Of a DNA stretch of 64,000 nucleotides, positions 1 through 9,315 are shown piece by piece. Position 1 is the stretch's first letter, and each line of letters begins with the position of its first letter. Made by a program: the position numbers and the translations under genes. A model generated the notes under the pieces. That model made no database searches and had not been told where the DNA came from. It saw nothing but the letters and a program-made list of their open reading frames with translations. Source of the stretch: Candidatus Margulisiibacteriota bacterium (lineage in GTDB: Bacteria > Margulisbacteria > WOR-1 > O2-12-FULL-45-9); the NCBI GenBank assembly GCA_043816785.1, contig JBDRHP010000020.1, positions 13,845 through 77,844 of the forward strand, given 5' to 3'.

Positions 1-1043
1 TTAACCTGGGCAATCCCACCATCAACCAGGATAAGATCTGGCAACGGCAATTTGTCAGCCAACATGCCGCTATAGCGCCGTTTGACAACTTCGTAGATCG
101 CGGCCACATCATTAGCCTTCATTCCCAGGCTTCTGATCTTGAATTTGCGGTAATCGTTTTTTAACGGCAACCCACCATAAAAAGCGACCATGGAAGCAAC
201 AACATTTGTCCCCTGGATATTGGAAATATCAAAAGCCTCGATGCGCATTGGCGCATCCGTTAGCCTTAGTCGCGCCTTAAGCTCCTCTATCTCCGCCAGC
301 CGACGGGGCGCCGGCGCCCTGCCTAATTCTTTGCCCTCTAACATCTTCTCCAACACTTTAAGCCTGTCGCGCAGATAGGCCGCTCGCTCAAAATCCTGCT
401 CCTGGGCGGCTTTCTCCATTTGCTGCCGCAGCTTGTGCAGCGCCGTGTCCATTTTTCCTTCCAGCAAGGGGATGATCGCCTGAGCCAGGGCCAGATAATC
501 AGCCTGGCTTATCTTGTCAATGCAGGGCCCGGAGCAGCTGCCAATGCGGTAATAAAGGCAGGGTTGTTCGCGCGTTTTGAGCGGCGACTCCTTGCACCAG
601 CGGATGGGAAATAGCTTCTTGGCCAGGCGGACCACTTCGCGCACCATGCCGCCTTGAAAGCGGCCAAAATATAGCGCCCCATCTTTTTCTTTTCGCCGAA
701 CCAAAAAGAGCCTGGGCCACTTCTCATTCAAGGTTAATTTCAAATAAGGGTAGGTTTTGTCATCACGCAAAGCAACATTATAACGTGGTTTGTATTTTTT
801 GATCAGCTCGTCTTCAAGAATGAGCGCGTCCATCTCTGAGCCGGCAAGAATGTAATCAATATCGCTTAGCCGTTCCAACAAAATGGTGGTCTTTATTTCC
901 TGGGGGCGATTGAAATAGGAAGCCACACGCTTACGCAGGGACTTAGCTTTCCCCACATAAAGGATGACGCCGTGCTTGTCTTTGAAGAGGTAAACCCCGG
1001 GTTTCGCGGGCAAGGATTTTAGCTTATCCTTGAGGGAGGACAT
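1..1043 (-). CDS. uvrC: Excinuclease ABC subunit C, N-terminal portion; the C-terminus runs off the window start.
   Basis: Own translation of the reverse strand from ATG at 1043: MSSLKDKLKSLPAKPGVYLFKD..GVILYVGKAKSLRKRVASYF, a GIY-YIG nuclease motif followed by a UvrC-like region; no stop before position 1. Confidence 0.85.
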   Translation of the reverse strand, partial: MSSLKDKLKSLPAKPGVYLFKDKHGVILYVGKAKSLRKRVASYFNRPQEIKTTILLERLSDIDYILAGSEMDALILEDELIKKYKPRYNVALRDDKTYPYLKLTLNEKWPRLFLVRRKEKDGALYFGRFQGGMVREVVRLAKKLFPIRWCKESPLKTREQPCLYYRIGSCSGPCIDKISQADYLALAQAIIPLLEGKMDTALHKLRQQMEKAAQEQDFERAAYLRDRLKVLEKMLEGKELGRAPAPRRLAEIEELKARLRLTDAPMRIEAFDISNIQGTNVVASMVAFYGGLPLKNDYRKFKIRSLGMKANDVAAIYEVVKRRYSGMLADKLPLPDLILVDGGIAQV

Positions 1044-1045
1044 GT

Positions 1046-1492
1046 TTATTTAGATACGAGTTTAACTTTTAGCTTGGCTGTGATGTCCTGGAATAGTTTG
1101 ATGGACACACTGTAATCGCCAATTGCTTTAAGCGGTTCGCTCAACTCAATTTTTTTCTTATCAATTTCAATCCCGGCTACCTTGGTTACTTCGGTAGCGA
1201 TATCCTGAGAAGTGACAGAGCCAAAAAGTTTGCCGCCTTCGCCAGCATCAACCCCGATCGTCAGTTCTAGCGAAGAAAGTTTATTGGCCAGCTCTTCCTG
1301 CTCTGCTTTTCTGGCGGCTGATTTTTTTTCTCTCTCAACTCGTCGCGTTTCCCAAGCCGCGACAGCCACCGGCGTTGCTGGGCCAGCCAACTTCCTGGGA
1401 AAAAGAAAGTTTCTGGCATATCCCTCAGAAACTTCGATCAGACTGTCTTCGTCACCCACACTAGGTACTGCTTTCTTAAGAATGATTTTCAT
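1046..1492 (-). CDS. rplI: 50S ribosomal protein L9.
   Basis: 148 aa; L9-like sequence in the conserved rpsF-ssb-rpsR-rplI context. Confidence 0.9.
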   Translation of the reverse strand: MKIILKKAVPSVGDEDSLIEVSEGYARNFLFPRKLAGPATPVAVAAWETRRVEREKKSAARKAEQEELANKLSSLELTIGVDAGEGGKLFGSVTSQDIATEVTKVAGIEIDKKKIELSEPLKAIGDYSVSIKLFQDITAKLKVKLVSK

Positions 1493-1493
1493 T

Positions 1494-1745
1494 TTAGTCC
1501 ACCGAGAACGGGACCAGACCTATCTGGCGGGCCCGCTTAACAACCTTGGCAACCATCCGCTGGTGCTGGGCGCAGCAACCAGTCATGCGACGCGGCGCAA
1601 TCTTACCGCGATCTGTCATAAAACGCTGAACATATGACACATCCTTGTAATCAAGGGTTTTTTGATCAGCGCAAAAAATACATTTCCTTTTTTTTCTTCG
1701 TTTGAACTGCGAGCCTGGTTTTGGTTTTCTTCTTTCTCTACCCAT
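1494..1745 (-). CDS. rpsR: 30S ribosomal protein S18.
   Basis: 83 aa, basic, with the S18 motif CIFCADQ..IDYKD. Confidence 0.9.
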   Translation of the reverse strand: MGRERRKPKPGSQFKRRKKRKCIFCADQKTLDYKDVSYVQRFMTDRGKIAPRRMTGCCAQHQRMVAKVVKRARQIGLVPFSVD

Positions 1746-1762
1746 TAATCTACCTCCGATAT

Positions 1763-2173
1763 TTAAAAGGGGATTTCGCTCTCCCCTTCGTCCGATCCTA
1801 ATCCTTCTCCTCTTCCTTTTCCTTCCTGTGGGGGAGCCGCTGCATCTTTTCTCCCCAGCATCTGCATGTTATCAGCGACCACTTCAGTCATAGTTCGCAT
1901 TTGTCCGTCCTTGCCTTGAAACTCTCTGATCTGCAATCGTCCTTCAATTGCCACTGGCCGGCCCTTTTTCAAGTATTCCCCGCAGATCTCGGCCAGCCTG
2001 CGCCAGGCAACGATATTGATAAAGTCAACTTCCTGGTTTCTTTCTCCGCTATCGTTCTTTTTGCCGATCCTGTTGACCGCGACAGCAAAGCGGGCAACTG
2101 GTATCCCGGAAGTCGTGTAGCGGAGTTCCGGGTCGCGTGTTAAATTTCCAATTAAAAATGCTTTGTTATACAT
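1763..2173 (-). CDS. ssb: Single-stranded DNA-binding protein, copy 1.
   Basis: OB-fold sequence LIGNLTRDPELRYT with a Gly-rich acidic tail ending DEGESEIPF. Confidence 0.9.
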   Translation of the reverse strand: MYNKAFLIGNLTRDPELRYTTSGIPVARFAVAVNRIGKKNDSGERNQEVDFINIVAWRRLAEICGEYLKKGRPVAIEGRLQIREFQGKDGQMRTMTEVVADNMQMLGRKDAAAPPQEGKGRGEGLGSDEGESEIPF

Positions 2174-2178
2174 ATATA

Positions 2179-2622
2179 TTAAAAGGGCAAATCACTAACT
2201 AGATCAACGTCGTCAACAACCTCATCCGGGGTTACTGGCGCTCCAGTCTCGATTTTTAGCTCTTTACTGTTTGATTTCTCAAGTGGCGTCACATTTCTGG
2301 CCACTACTTCAGTTACCCAGCGGCGCTGGCCAGCTTGATCTTCAAAAGAGCGGATCTGGATCCTGCCCTCAACCAAAGCCAAGCTGTCCTTTTTTAAGTT
2401 AGCGGCACAGGTCTCTGCAACCTGGCGCCAGGCAACAATATCAATAAAATCTGTGCCATTCTGTGGCCTGTTGACTGCCAGCCGGAACTTAGCCATGGGC
2501 AGCCCATCCATTGTCGAACGCTGCTCTGGATCAGTAACCAGCCGCCCGACTAAAATTATGCGATTAAGATTCGCCACTGCCTTCTCCTGCGCTGACGTCC
2601 TTGATCTCTCCGACATTAACAA
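2179..2622 (-). CDS. ssb: Single-stranded DNA-binding protein, copy 2, a tandem paralog.
   Basis: ILVGRLVTDPEQRST OB-fold with an acidic tail ending DLPF. The N-terminus overlaps the rpsF 3' end, so the true start may be an internal Met. Confidence 0.8.
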   Translation of the reverse strand: MLMSERSRTSAQEKAVANLNRIILVGRLVTDPEQRSTMDGLPMAKFRLAVNRPQNGTDFIDIVAWRQVAETCAANLKKDSLALVEGRIQIRSFEDQAGQRRWVTEVVARNVTPLEKSNSKELKIETGAPVTPDEVVDDVDLVSDLPF

Positions 2623-2971
2623 CTTCTATCCCTGGCTCAGCCACCAGCGAGGTCCCCTCGATCTCTCCCTGGGGCTTTGCTTCAGCCAGAATAAGCGAAT
2701 GTCGCACAATTTCCTCGGTGATTTTTAGAAAACTCTGAACTTTGCCCGGCACCGACGGCTCAGCTTTAAAATAAATCAGCACATAATAAGCTGATTTTAG
2801 CTTTCTGGCCTTGAGGATCATGGAAGCCAGCCTCTTGGTTCCCCACTTCTCGGTCTTCCCCAGCTCTGCCCCAAAGCTTTTAATTTTATCCTCAACCTTT
2901 GCCACAATCGCGCCAATACCCTCTTCGCCCAGATTTGGGTCAAAGAGCATCACTAATTCGTACAACTTCAA
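2564..2971 (-). CDS. rpsF: 30S ribosomal protein S6 with an acidic C-terminal extension.
   Basis: MKLYELVMLFDPNLGEE is an S6 N-terminus; the gene heads the operon. Confidence 0.85.
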   Translation of the reverse strand: MKLYELVMLFDPNLGEEGIGAIVAKVEDKIKSFGAELGKTEKWGTKRLASMILKARKLKSAYYVLIYFKAEPSVPGKVQSFLKITEEIVRHSLILAEAKPQGEIEGTSLVAEPGIEVVNVGEIKDVSAGEGSGES

Positions 2972-3024
2972 TACAAAAACCTCCTTGGGTCAAGTTTCCG
3001 AAGCGTTTACGACGCAGTTAGATA

Positions 3025-4110
3025 TTATACCACAAATTTTACGAGAATCAAATCTCCGTCCTGAATAGCGTAATTCTTGCCCTCGGTGTGCAGATCGCCC
3101 TTTTCTCTGCACCCGGCATAGGAACCACAGCTGACCAGATCCTGATAATGAACAACTTCCGCGGCTATAAAGCCTTGTTCCATGTCAGAGTGGATTTTAC
3201 CGGCGGCCTGCGGAACCTTGGTTCCCTGCGCAACCGTCCAGGCCCGGGTTTCTTTTTGATTAGCGGTAAAAATGGTAATCAAGTTTAAGAGTTCATAGGC
3301 AGTGCGAATTAAGCGGCTAAGCCCAGCTTCAGTTAGCCCCATTTCTTTTAGAAAAGCTTGTGCGTCTTCGGCCGCCAGTTCAGCGATCTCCGTCTCCAAC
3401 TTGGCGCAAACTGAGACGACTTTGTCGCCGGTCGCTTGGGCCAGTTGTTTTATTTGCTCAACCTGCTCAAGATTGCCAGATTCATCAGTGTTGGCAACAT
3501 AGAGCACGGGCTTAAGGGTCAACAGAGGCAGATCATTAAGATAATCTTTTTCATTATCAACAAGCTTTACCTGGCGCGCGGGCTGCCCTTTTTCCAGCGC
3601 TGCCTTAAGCCTTTGCAGAACATCGGCTTGCTTGAGATGCTTTTTATCGCCCGCCTTAGCTTTATTCCTTGCTTCCTCAAGACGTTTTTCAACCAGCACC
3701 AAATCCGCCAAGCAGAGTTCCACGTTGATGGTTTCAATATCGCTGGTTGGGTTTACCTGCCCGGAAACATGCGCTATCTCCTGGCTGGCAAAACACCGAA
3801 CCACATGGGCCACGGCATCAACTTCGCGGATCTGGGCCAGGAACTGGTTGCCTAAACCTTCGCCCTGGTGCGCCCCCTTTACCAGGCCGGCAATGTCATA
3901 AAATTCAATGACCGTGGGGATCGCTTTCTTTGAGCCCATGATCTTTTGCACTTGAAGAAGCCGTTCGTCAGGTACCGTTACAACGCCCACGTTAGGGTTA
4001 ATTGTACAAAAAGGATAATTGGAAACCTCTGCCTTGGCTGTTGACAGTACATTGAACAAGGTCGATTTACCAACGTTCGGCAGCCCAATGATCCCCAATG
4101 AAAAACCCAT
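3025..4110 (-). CDS. ychF: Ribosome-binding ATPase YchF.
   Basis: GIIGLPNVGKSTLFN P-loop, TGS domain, and a YchF-like C-terminus. Confidence 0.9.
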   Translation of the reverse strand: MGFSLGIIGLPNVGKSTLFNVLSTAKAEVSNYPFCTINPNVGVVTVPDERLLQVQKIMGSKKAIPTVIEFYDIAGLVKGAHQGEGLGNQFLAQIREVDAVAHVVRCFASQEIAHVSGQVNPTSDIETINVELCLADLVLVEKRLEEARNKAKAGDKKHLKQADVLQRLKAALEKGQPARQVKLVDNEKDYLNDLPLLTLKPVLYVANTDESGNLEQVEQIKQLAQATGDKVVSVCAKLETEIAELAAEDAQAFLKEMGLTEAGLSRLIRTAYELLNLITIFTANQKETRAWTVAQGTKVPQAAGKIHSDMEQGFIAAEVVHYQDLVSCGSYAGCREKGDLHTEGKNYAIQDGDLILVKFVV

Positions 4111-4117
4111 AATTGAT

Positions 4118-4147
4118 TTGATTATATCACAAGGCGCGTGCTACAAT
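4118..4147 (+). promoter_or_regulatory. Sigma70-like promoter: TTGATT, 18-nt spacer, TACAAT.
   Basis: Hexamers at 4118-4123 and 4142-4147 lie upstream of the AAGGGGGAAG RBS and the ATG at 4179. Confidence 0.4.
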
Positions 4148-4178
4148 CTGCTCACTCTATCTTAAGGGGGAAGAATAA

Positions 4179-4991
4179 ATGCGTTATTTAATGGTTATTT
4201 TGGTTGCACTCAGTTTGCTTTTTGGCTCCTTGGCTGTTCCTGTCCAGGCTCGTGGCAGGTTAACTCCGGCCCAAAAGAGCAAGATCGAGCAACGGGTAAA
4301 AAACCTCTCCCGGGCACAGCGTCAAGCCGCGGCCCAAGGCCTGAACGCCAAGCTCAAGAGACTTAGAGACAACATCAAAGCATCTCAGATCACTGCCCGC
4401 CGCCGTGCCCTGATCAATGCCGAGATCGAACGGATCGAAAATGAACTAGAGTTAATTAACGCCGTGGGACAAGCTGCTCCCCCACCACCTCCTCCGCCCC
4501 CTCCTCCAATGATAAAGCAAATGCCACCTATGCCGCGGCCTACTCAAGGTCAGATGCTTCGCCAGCGCAGCCCGCAAGTTGGCGTTTCAGCAGGTTATCT
4601 GGCTGGTATTCCGGGAGCAGTGGCTGAAGTAAGGTTTCACGATCCTTTTGACATGGTCCGCACCAGTATTCGCTTCGGAGCTGGTTATGCTCAAGGGGAT
4701 GACACTGCTGGAACTTTACGCAAACACGCACTGGTTATTGTTGACGGCATTTATCGCCTTAACCCTCCTCAGGCCGAGGGCCTCAGGTCCTACATTGGCC
4801 TTGGCTTAAATTACAACGTTTATACAACCGGCAGGGTCAGCGGCGCTGCTGGCTATCAAGCCTTCTATGGAATTGAAGGCGGCCGGCCAGACGGCGGCCA
4901 GATGTTCTTTGAGGTTGGCTACGGCTCGATCCAAACCGGCTTTAGCCCGGACTACACCGGTTTAACTGCTCAGGTCGGCTATAAATTCTAG
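4179..4991 (+). CDS. Putative outer-membrane protein with a signal peptide, a helical/coiled-coil region, a poly-Pro linker and a C-terminal beta-barrel.
   Basis: N-terminal hydrophobic signal ending VQARG; a run of at least 10 consecutive Pro codons at 4479-4508; an alternating aromatic/Gly-rich C-terminal domain ending YKF (the C-terminal Phe typical of OMPs). Confidence 0.6.
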   Translation: MRYLMVILVALSLLFGSLAVPVQARGRLTPAQKSKIEQRVKNLSRAQRQAAAQGLNAKLKRLRDNIKASQITARRRALINAEIERIENELELINAVGQAAPPPPPPPPPPMIKQMPPMPRPTQGQMLRQRSPQVGVSAGYLAGIPGAVAEVRFHDPFDMVRTSIRFGAGYAQGDDTAGTLRKHALVIVDGIYRLNPPQAEGLRSYIGLGLNYNVYTTGRVSGAAGYQAFYGIEGGRPDGGQMFFEVGYGSIQTGFSPDYTGLTAQVGYKF

Positions 4992-5011
4992 TTTCCCTCG
5001 TCACATAAAGT

Positions 5012-5048
5012 GAAAAGCCGGGGCGCGAGTCCCGGCTTTCTCTTTACC
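5012..5048 (+). terminator. Rho-independent terminator.
   Basis: AAAGCCGGG / CCCGGCTTT stem around a GCGCGAGT loop, followed by TCTCTTT. Confidence 0.7.
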
Positions 5049-5105
5049 CATTGAAATTTCTCCTAGATTTGTCCGAATAATAATTAGCCCTTTGCAGGAG
5101 AAATT

Positions 5106-5966
5106 ATGAGCCTATTAGATACCATACGAACAACCATGGTTGAGTTTTATACAGGATCAGCTCCTGTTGGCCTAACTGGTTGCAATAGATCCTATAATAA
5201 TGTTCAAAGTAATGTTCCCTCCATTACCTCCGAAACAACCTCGCCATTGCCTGACGCGCTGATTACTTGGCCGCCAAGCCTTAGCCAGGAATTAGTAGCT
5301 CATGATGATGCTAACTGGCAAAAGGCCAATTGGTCTAACGGCCAGCCATTTAATGTTTCCTGGCAACCTGACAACATAATTTTCCGCGATGGCCTGATGA
5401 TTTTGCAATTGGACAACGAGGGGTGCCCGGCTGATTGCGATGGCCTGCCTTATGCCTCAGGAGAATATCGAACTATTCAGGAAGATTTTGGCCAGGGCTA
5501 TTACGAAGCCAGGATCATGGGGTCTTCCGGCGAAGGGCTAAACACTTCTTTCTTTATTTACAGCGGCGATAGCGGCTCAGAATCACATGACGAGATCGAT
5601 GTCGTGGAGATCCTTGGGCGAAACTGCGAGCAGGTTCAAACCAACTACTATGTTGAAGGCAGAGGAAAACATGAACTCATGATTAACCTTGACTTCAATG
5701 CTTGCGAGGAGTTCCATAATTACGGCTTAGCTTGGTCAGAAGATACGCTGATTTGGTACATCGATGGCAGAGAAGTGCGCCGGGTGGCAGAAGATCTTTC
5801 CACTGAAGCTCACGAGCTCCCTTATCGCCCAGGAAAGATCACGGTTAACTTCTGGGCCGGAATCGGCGTAGAAGCTTGGCTGGGTAATTTTGCCTATCCA
5901 GGACACCCTATGGAAGCCCAGTATGATTGGCTAAGATTCTCTTCGCCATCTGAAACAGCCCGGTAA
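5106..5966 (+). CDS. Glycoside hydrolase family 16 (beta-glucanase/laminarinase-like).
   Basis: Catalytic ExDxxE motif (HDEIDVVEI) in a beta-jelly-roll context; no obvious signal peptide. Confidence 0.65.
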   Translation: MSLLDTIRTTMVEFYTGSAPVGLTGCNRSYNNVQSNVPSITSETTSPLPDALITWPPSLSQELVAHDDANWQKANWSNGQPFNVSWQPDNIIFRDGLMILQLDNEGCPADCDGLPYASGEYRTIQEDFGQGYYEARIMGSSGEGLNTSFFIYSGDSGSESHDEIDVVEILGRNCEQVQTNYYVEGRGKHELMINLDFNACEEFHNYGLAWSEDTLIWYIDGREVRRVAEDLSTEAHELPYRPGKITVNFWAGIGVEAWLGNFAYPGHPMEAQYDWLRFSSPSETAR

Positions 5967-5973
5967 GTTGGGC

Positions 5974-8151
5974 CTATTTCATAAAATCCAGATCATTTAG
6001 GCTAACCGCTTCAAAATCGTCGCTTTTTCCTTTGACTTCTGTTTGATGATAATCGTTTAGGTCGATTTCGTCTTCATCCTGAGAGAGTCCGCCGACTGCG
6101 GACGAGTCAAAGGATTCCTCAACCTCCCATTTATCAAACAAACTCTCTGGAACTTCTTCCAAATAACGCGAGGTTTTCATCAAAACCTCACCTTCATAGC
6201 CAGAGTAGATCAATGGATAAGAAAGATAAAGCTCATCCTTGGCTCGAGTGACAGCAACATAAAATAGCCGACGCTCCTCTTCCATCTCCTCTTCTTTCCC
6301 AAACGATAAGTATGAAGGGAAGCGGCCATCAGCTAACCAAACCACAAAAACAACTTTCCATTCTAAACCTTTTGCTTGATGAACCGTGGTTAAGACACAA
6401 GCTTCCTTATCTGCCTCCCCTCCCTCAACAACAGTTTCCGATTCAATCCCTGATACTAAAGCCAAGGCGCTTAATAGTTCTTCTAAATCCTTAAATTGGA
6501 GAGCATAACTTCCCAGCTGTTCCAAATCTTCCAATCTTTCTCTATAATTCGGATACTGGGTTTTTAAATAATCTTCATAACTTGACTCCGTAATTGTTTT
6601 GATCATCTCAGCCGGCTGGTCAACCTGTTCGCTGATCTTTCTCAATCGCTCCTGAAACAGGCGGAAAGCCCGTTCCCCACCCTTAGGCACCAGGCCCAGC
6701 ATCCCATCAGACAAAATTTCTTCTAGCGGCTTTAAGCTCTGTGTTATCTTCTGAAATATTTTCTCGGCCGTGCGCTGACCAACTCGCTCTAACAGTTTTA
6801 AAATCCTCGCCCAAGCAATGGAATCGTAGGGATTATGAAAAACCTTTAAATGGGCTAACACATCCTTGATGTGCGCTTCTTCAAAAAAGCGCAAACCAGA
6901 GCGCACTTCAAAAGGGATGCCGCGCTTAGTTAACTCCATCTGGATTTCCATAGATTGGTAGTGTGAGCGATAAAGCACTGCCATGTCGTTTAAGGCGTGT
7001 CCTTCTTCACGCAATTCCAGCATACGCTGCGCAATAAATGAGGCCTGCTCATAAACCGTGCTCATCGGCAAGACCACGGGCTTCTGTTCTCCAGTACGAT
7101 TCGCCCGCAACTCTTTATTAAACCTCTCCTTGGCATTAAGGATTGACTGGTTGGCCAAATCTAATATGCCGGGAACAGAACGATGATTAAGTTCCAGCTT
7201 AAAAACCTTGGCCTCCGGGTACACCTTGGGAAAATCCATTATGTTTTTAAAGTGGGCACCGCGAAAAGAATAGATAGATTGGGAATCATCTCCCACGGCC
7301 ATGATATTGCGATGCCCAGAAGCAAGCAGGTTAACAATCTTAGCCTGCAGAAGATTTGTGTCCTGGTATTCATCCACCAAAACATGCAGAAATTTTCTGG
7401 CGTATTTTTCAGCAATGTCTTTATTCTCCGAGAGCAGCTTCCACCAGTAATAAAGCAGGTCATCAAAGTCCATCAGATTGTGTTTTTTCTTTTTCTCTTG
7501 ATAAGCCTTGCAGATCCCCTCAATTTCATCGGTCAAAGATTCAAACTGCGGATAATTATAAGCAATAATATCAACAATCTTTTTGCCTTTATTCATCGCC
7601 AGTCCAAAGATGGATTGAAGATTGTCTCCCTTGGGAAAACGCCTGGCTTTTACGTCAATATTGGCGTCAGCAATGCAGGAGTCGATTAATTCCTTGGAGT
7701 CAGCGCGATCTAGAATTGTATAATTTGATTCATAACCAACTAGTTTGGCATGGCGGCGGATAATCCTGTTCCCCACGCTATGAAAAGTCCCACCCCAAAT
7801 ATCTTTTACGTCACGGCCTAATAACATTTCGACGCGTGACAACATTTCTTTGGCTGCTTTGTTGGTAAAAGTGACCAGCAGGATGCGATCCAGCGGCACG
7901 CCGGATTCAACCAGATAGGCAACACGATAAGTAACTGTACGAGTTTTGCCAGAGCCTGCCCCGGCAATGACCAGCATCGGCCCGCCAGAAAAAGTCGCAA
8001 CCGGCAATTGCTCTTCAGTCAGTTCTTTCTGATAATCAATACGAAAATTCTTTTCCGCATTAAAATGGGTTTTTAAAACGTACTTGCGGGGCATTGGATG
8101 TTTTATTATAACAGAAAAAATGGGCCCCCGCCACACGGCAAAACCCCGCAA
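5974..8151 (-). CDS. pcrA: ATP-dependent DNA helicase of the UvrD/PcrA/Rep family.
   Basis: GAGSGKT Walker A plus helicase motifs (TFTNKAA, DEYQDT, VGDDSQSIY). An alternative start at the internal Met gives 5974..8094. Confidence 0.85.
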   Translation of the reverse strand: MRGFAVWRGPIFSVIIKHPMPRKYVLKTHFNAEKNFRIDYQKELTEEQLPVATFSGGPMLVIAGAGSGKTRTVTYRVAYLVESGVPLDRILLVTFTNKAAKEMLSRVEMLLGRDVKDIWGGTFHSVGNRIIRRHAKLVGYESNYTILDRADSKELIDSCIADANIDVKARRFPKGDNLQSIFGLAMNKGKKIVDIIAYNYPQFESLTDEIEGICKAYQEKKKKHNLMDFDDLLYYWWKLLSENKDIAEKYARKFLHVLVDEYQDTNLLQAKIVNLLASGHRNIMAVGDDSQSIYSFRGAHFKNIMDFPKVYPEAKVFKLELNHRSVPGILDLANQSILNAKERFNKELRANRTGEQKPVVLPMSTVYEQASFIAQRMLELREEGHALNDMAVLYRSHYQSMEIQMELTKRGIPFEVRSGLRFFEEAHIKDVLAHLKVFHNPYDSIAWARILKLLERVGQRTAEKIFQKITQSLKPLEEILSDGMLGLVPKGGERAFRLFQERLRKISEQVDQPAEMIKTITESSYEDYLKTQYPNYRERLEDLEQLGSYALQFKDLEELLSALALVSGIESETVVEGGEADKEACVLTTVHQAKGLEWKVVFVVWLADGRFPSYLSFGKEEEMEEERRLFYVAVTRAKDELYLSYPLIYSGYEGEVLMKTSRYLEEVPESLFDKWEVEESFDSSAVGGLSQDEDEIDLNDYHQTEVKGKSDDFEAVSLNDLDFMK

Positions 8152-8226
8152 GGTTTACCTAAAAAAAACCGATATATATAGTATATAAAACAGCCCCTAA
8201 CGGCTTTAAAACAGAGAGGGCGAGAA

Positions 8227-9315
8227 ATGACAGTTATCGGAACTTTTACACAATATAGACAGCTCGGCTCCAGGCTTTTACAGCAATATGGAACCGACAC
8301 AAACAACGATGAGCAAATAAGCCAAGAAGAAGTTAATCCGCAACACCAGGAAAGGTTTAGCCAAATTGCCTCCAGAGATGGGGATAGCGCGACAATTTCA
8401 TATAGGGACGTATTGGCTGAAGCAAATCACTCAATTGCTCCCCAGCTAGAAGAAAGTCTTCAAGCGATGGCCGCTGATCCTGGCAGATACTATGCAACAG
8501 ATCCATTTGTCGGAACTCTAGCTGCTCGGTCATCTGCCTTCGCTAGCTTTATTAGATCCAACCCTCAATATGGCGCTTTTTTTAGAGATCTATATGAAGG
8601 AGCGCATTCAAACAGCATCTCCGCTGTTATGACCATGATCCCAAGTCAATATGCGGAACAGGCTTCGGCATTAGCCGATCCTCATCTTCAAGCGCTCCTA
8701 ACCAGTGTAGGCCGCTCGCCAGAACAGGCTTTTTCCTTTGGAACTGGATTTCAAGCTGGAGTAACATTTATTTATGATGTAGAGAATGATTGCAACACCT
8801 GGAATTTGCATGTTTATCTCGACTCAGATGGCGCACGAACGGAGTTTGCTGGAGGCGAATATGTTGTCCCTTGGCAAAATTGCGGCATTCACGAATTAGG
8901 GCATGTAGCTAGAACTCAGCGCCTTTCTCCCGAAGATATCCCTTTTGAGCAGGAAGCGGCTGAAGAATTAGCAAATGTCTGCGAGCAAATAATCCTCCAA
9001 GATAATATTATGAGAAACATTTTAAACTTGAGCCCAGATACAACTGTTGCTTATCCCCTGGGAATCGCAACCGAGAGAGAAGCAATTCCTTTGGGAAATT
9101 TCGCGATCATGATGCGAGGGTTAGTTGCTCTCTACGGCAATATTGAAAGCGCCTTAATGAGCCAAGAATTTCAAGCCTTTCTTGGTCAACATTATTCGGC
9201 TTCAGATGGGGAAGAAGTTCAAGAAGAAAGCGCCGGCTCAAATGCGTCTCTGTCAAGAGGGGGCTTAGAATCAACCCCGAGGCCTCTTCAACACACACTA
9301 AGTACTAGTTTATAA
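8227..9315 (+). CDS. Hypothetical protein with an HExxH zinc-metalloprotease-like motif.
   Basis: HELGH with downstream Glu residues (EQEAAEE), gluzincin-like; no signal peptide; no other recognisable domain. Confidence 0.4.
   Translation: MTVIGTFTQYRQLGSRLLQQYGTDTNNDEQISQEEVNPQHQERFSQIASRDGDSATISYRDVLAEANHSIAPQLEESLQAMAADPGRYYATDPFVGTLAARSSAFASFIRSNPQYGAFFRDLYEGAHSNSISAVMTMIPSQYAEQASALADPHLQALLTSVGRSPEQAFSFGTGFQAGVTFIYDVENDCNTWNLHVYLDSDGARTEFAGGEYVVPWQNCGIHELGHVARTQRLSPEDIPFEQEAAEELANVCEQIILQDNIMRNILNLSPDTTVAYPLGIATEREAIPLGNFAIMMRGLVALYGNIESALMSQEFQAFLGQHYSASDGEEVQEESAGSNASLSRGGLESTPRPLQHTLSTSL

Noticed and set aside
4479-4508. The Pro-codon run as a simple-sequence repeat or slippage site.
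   Set aside because: It uses mixed Pro codons (ccc/cca/cct/ccg) and lies in frame within a coherent ORF. It is a poly-Pro linker, not a homopolymer tract.
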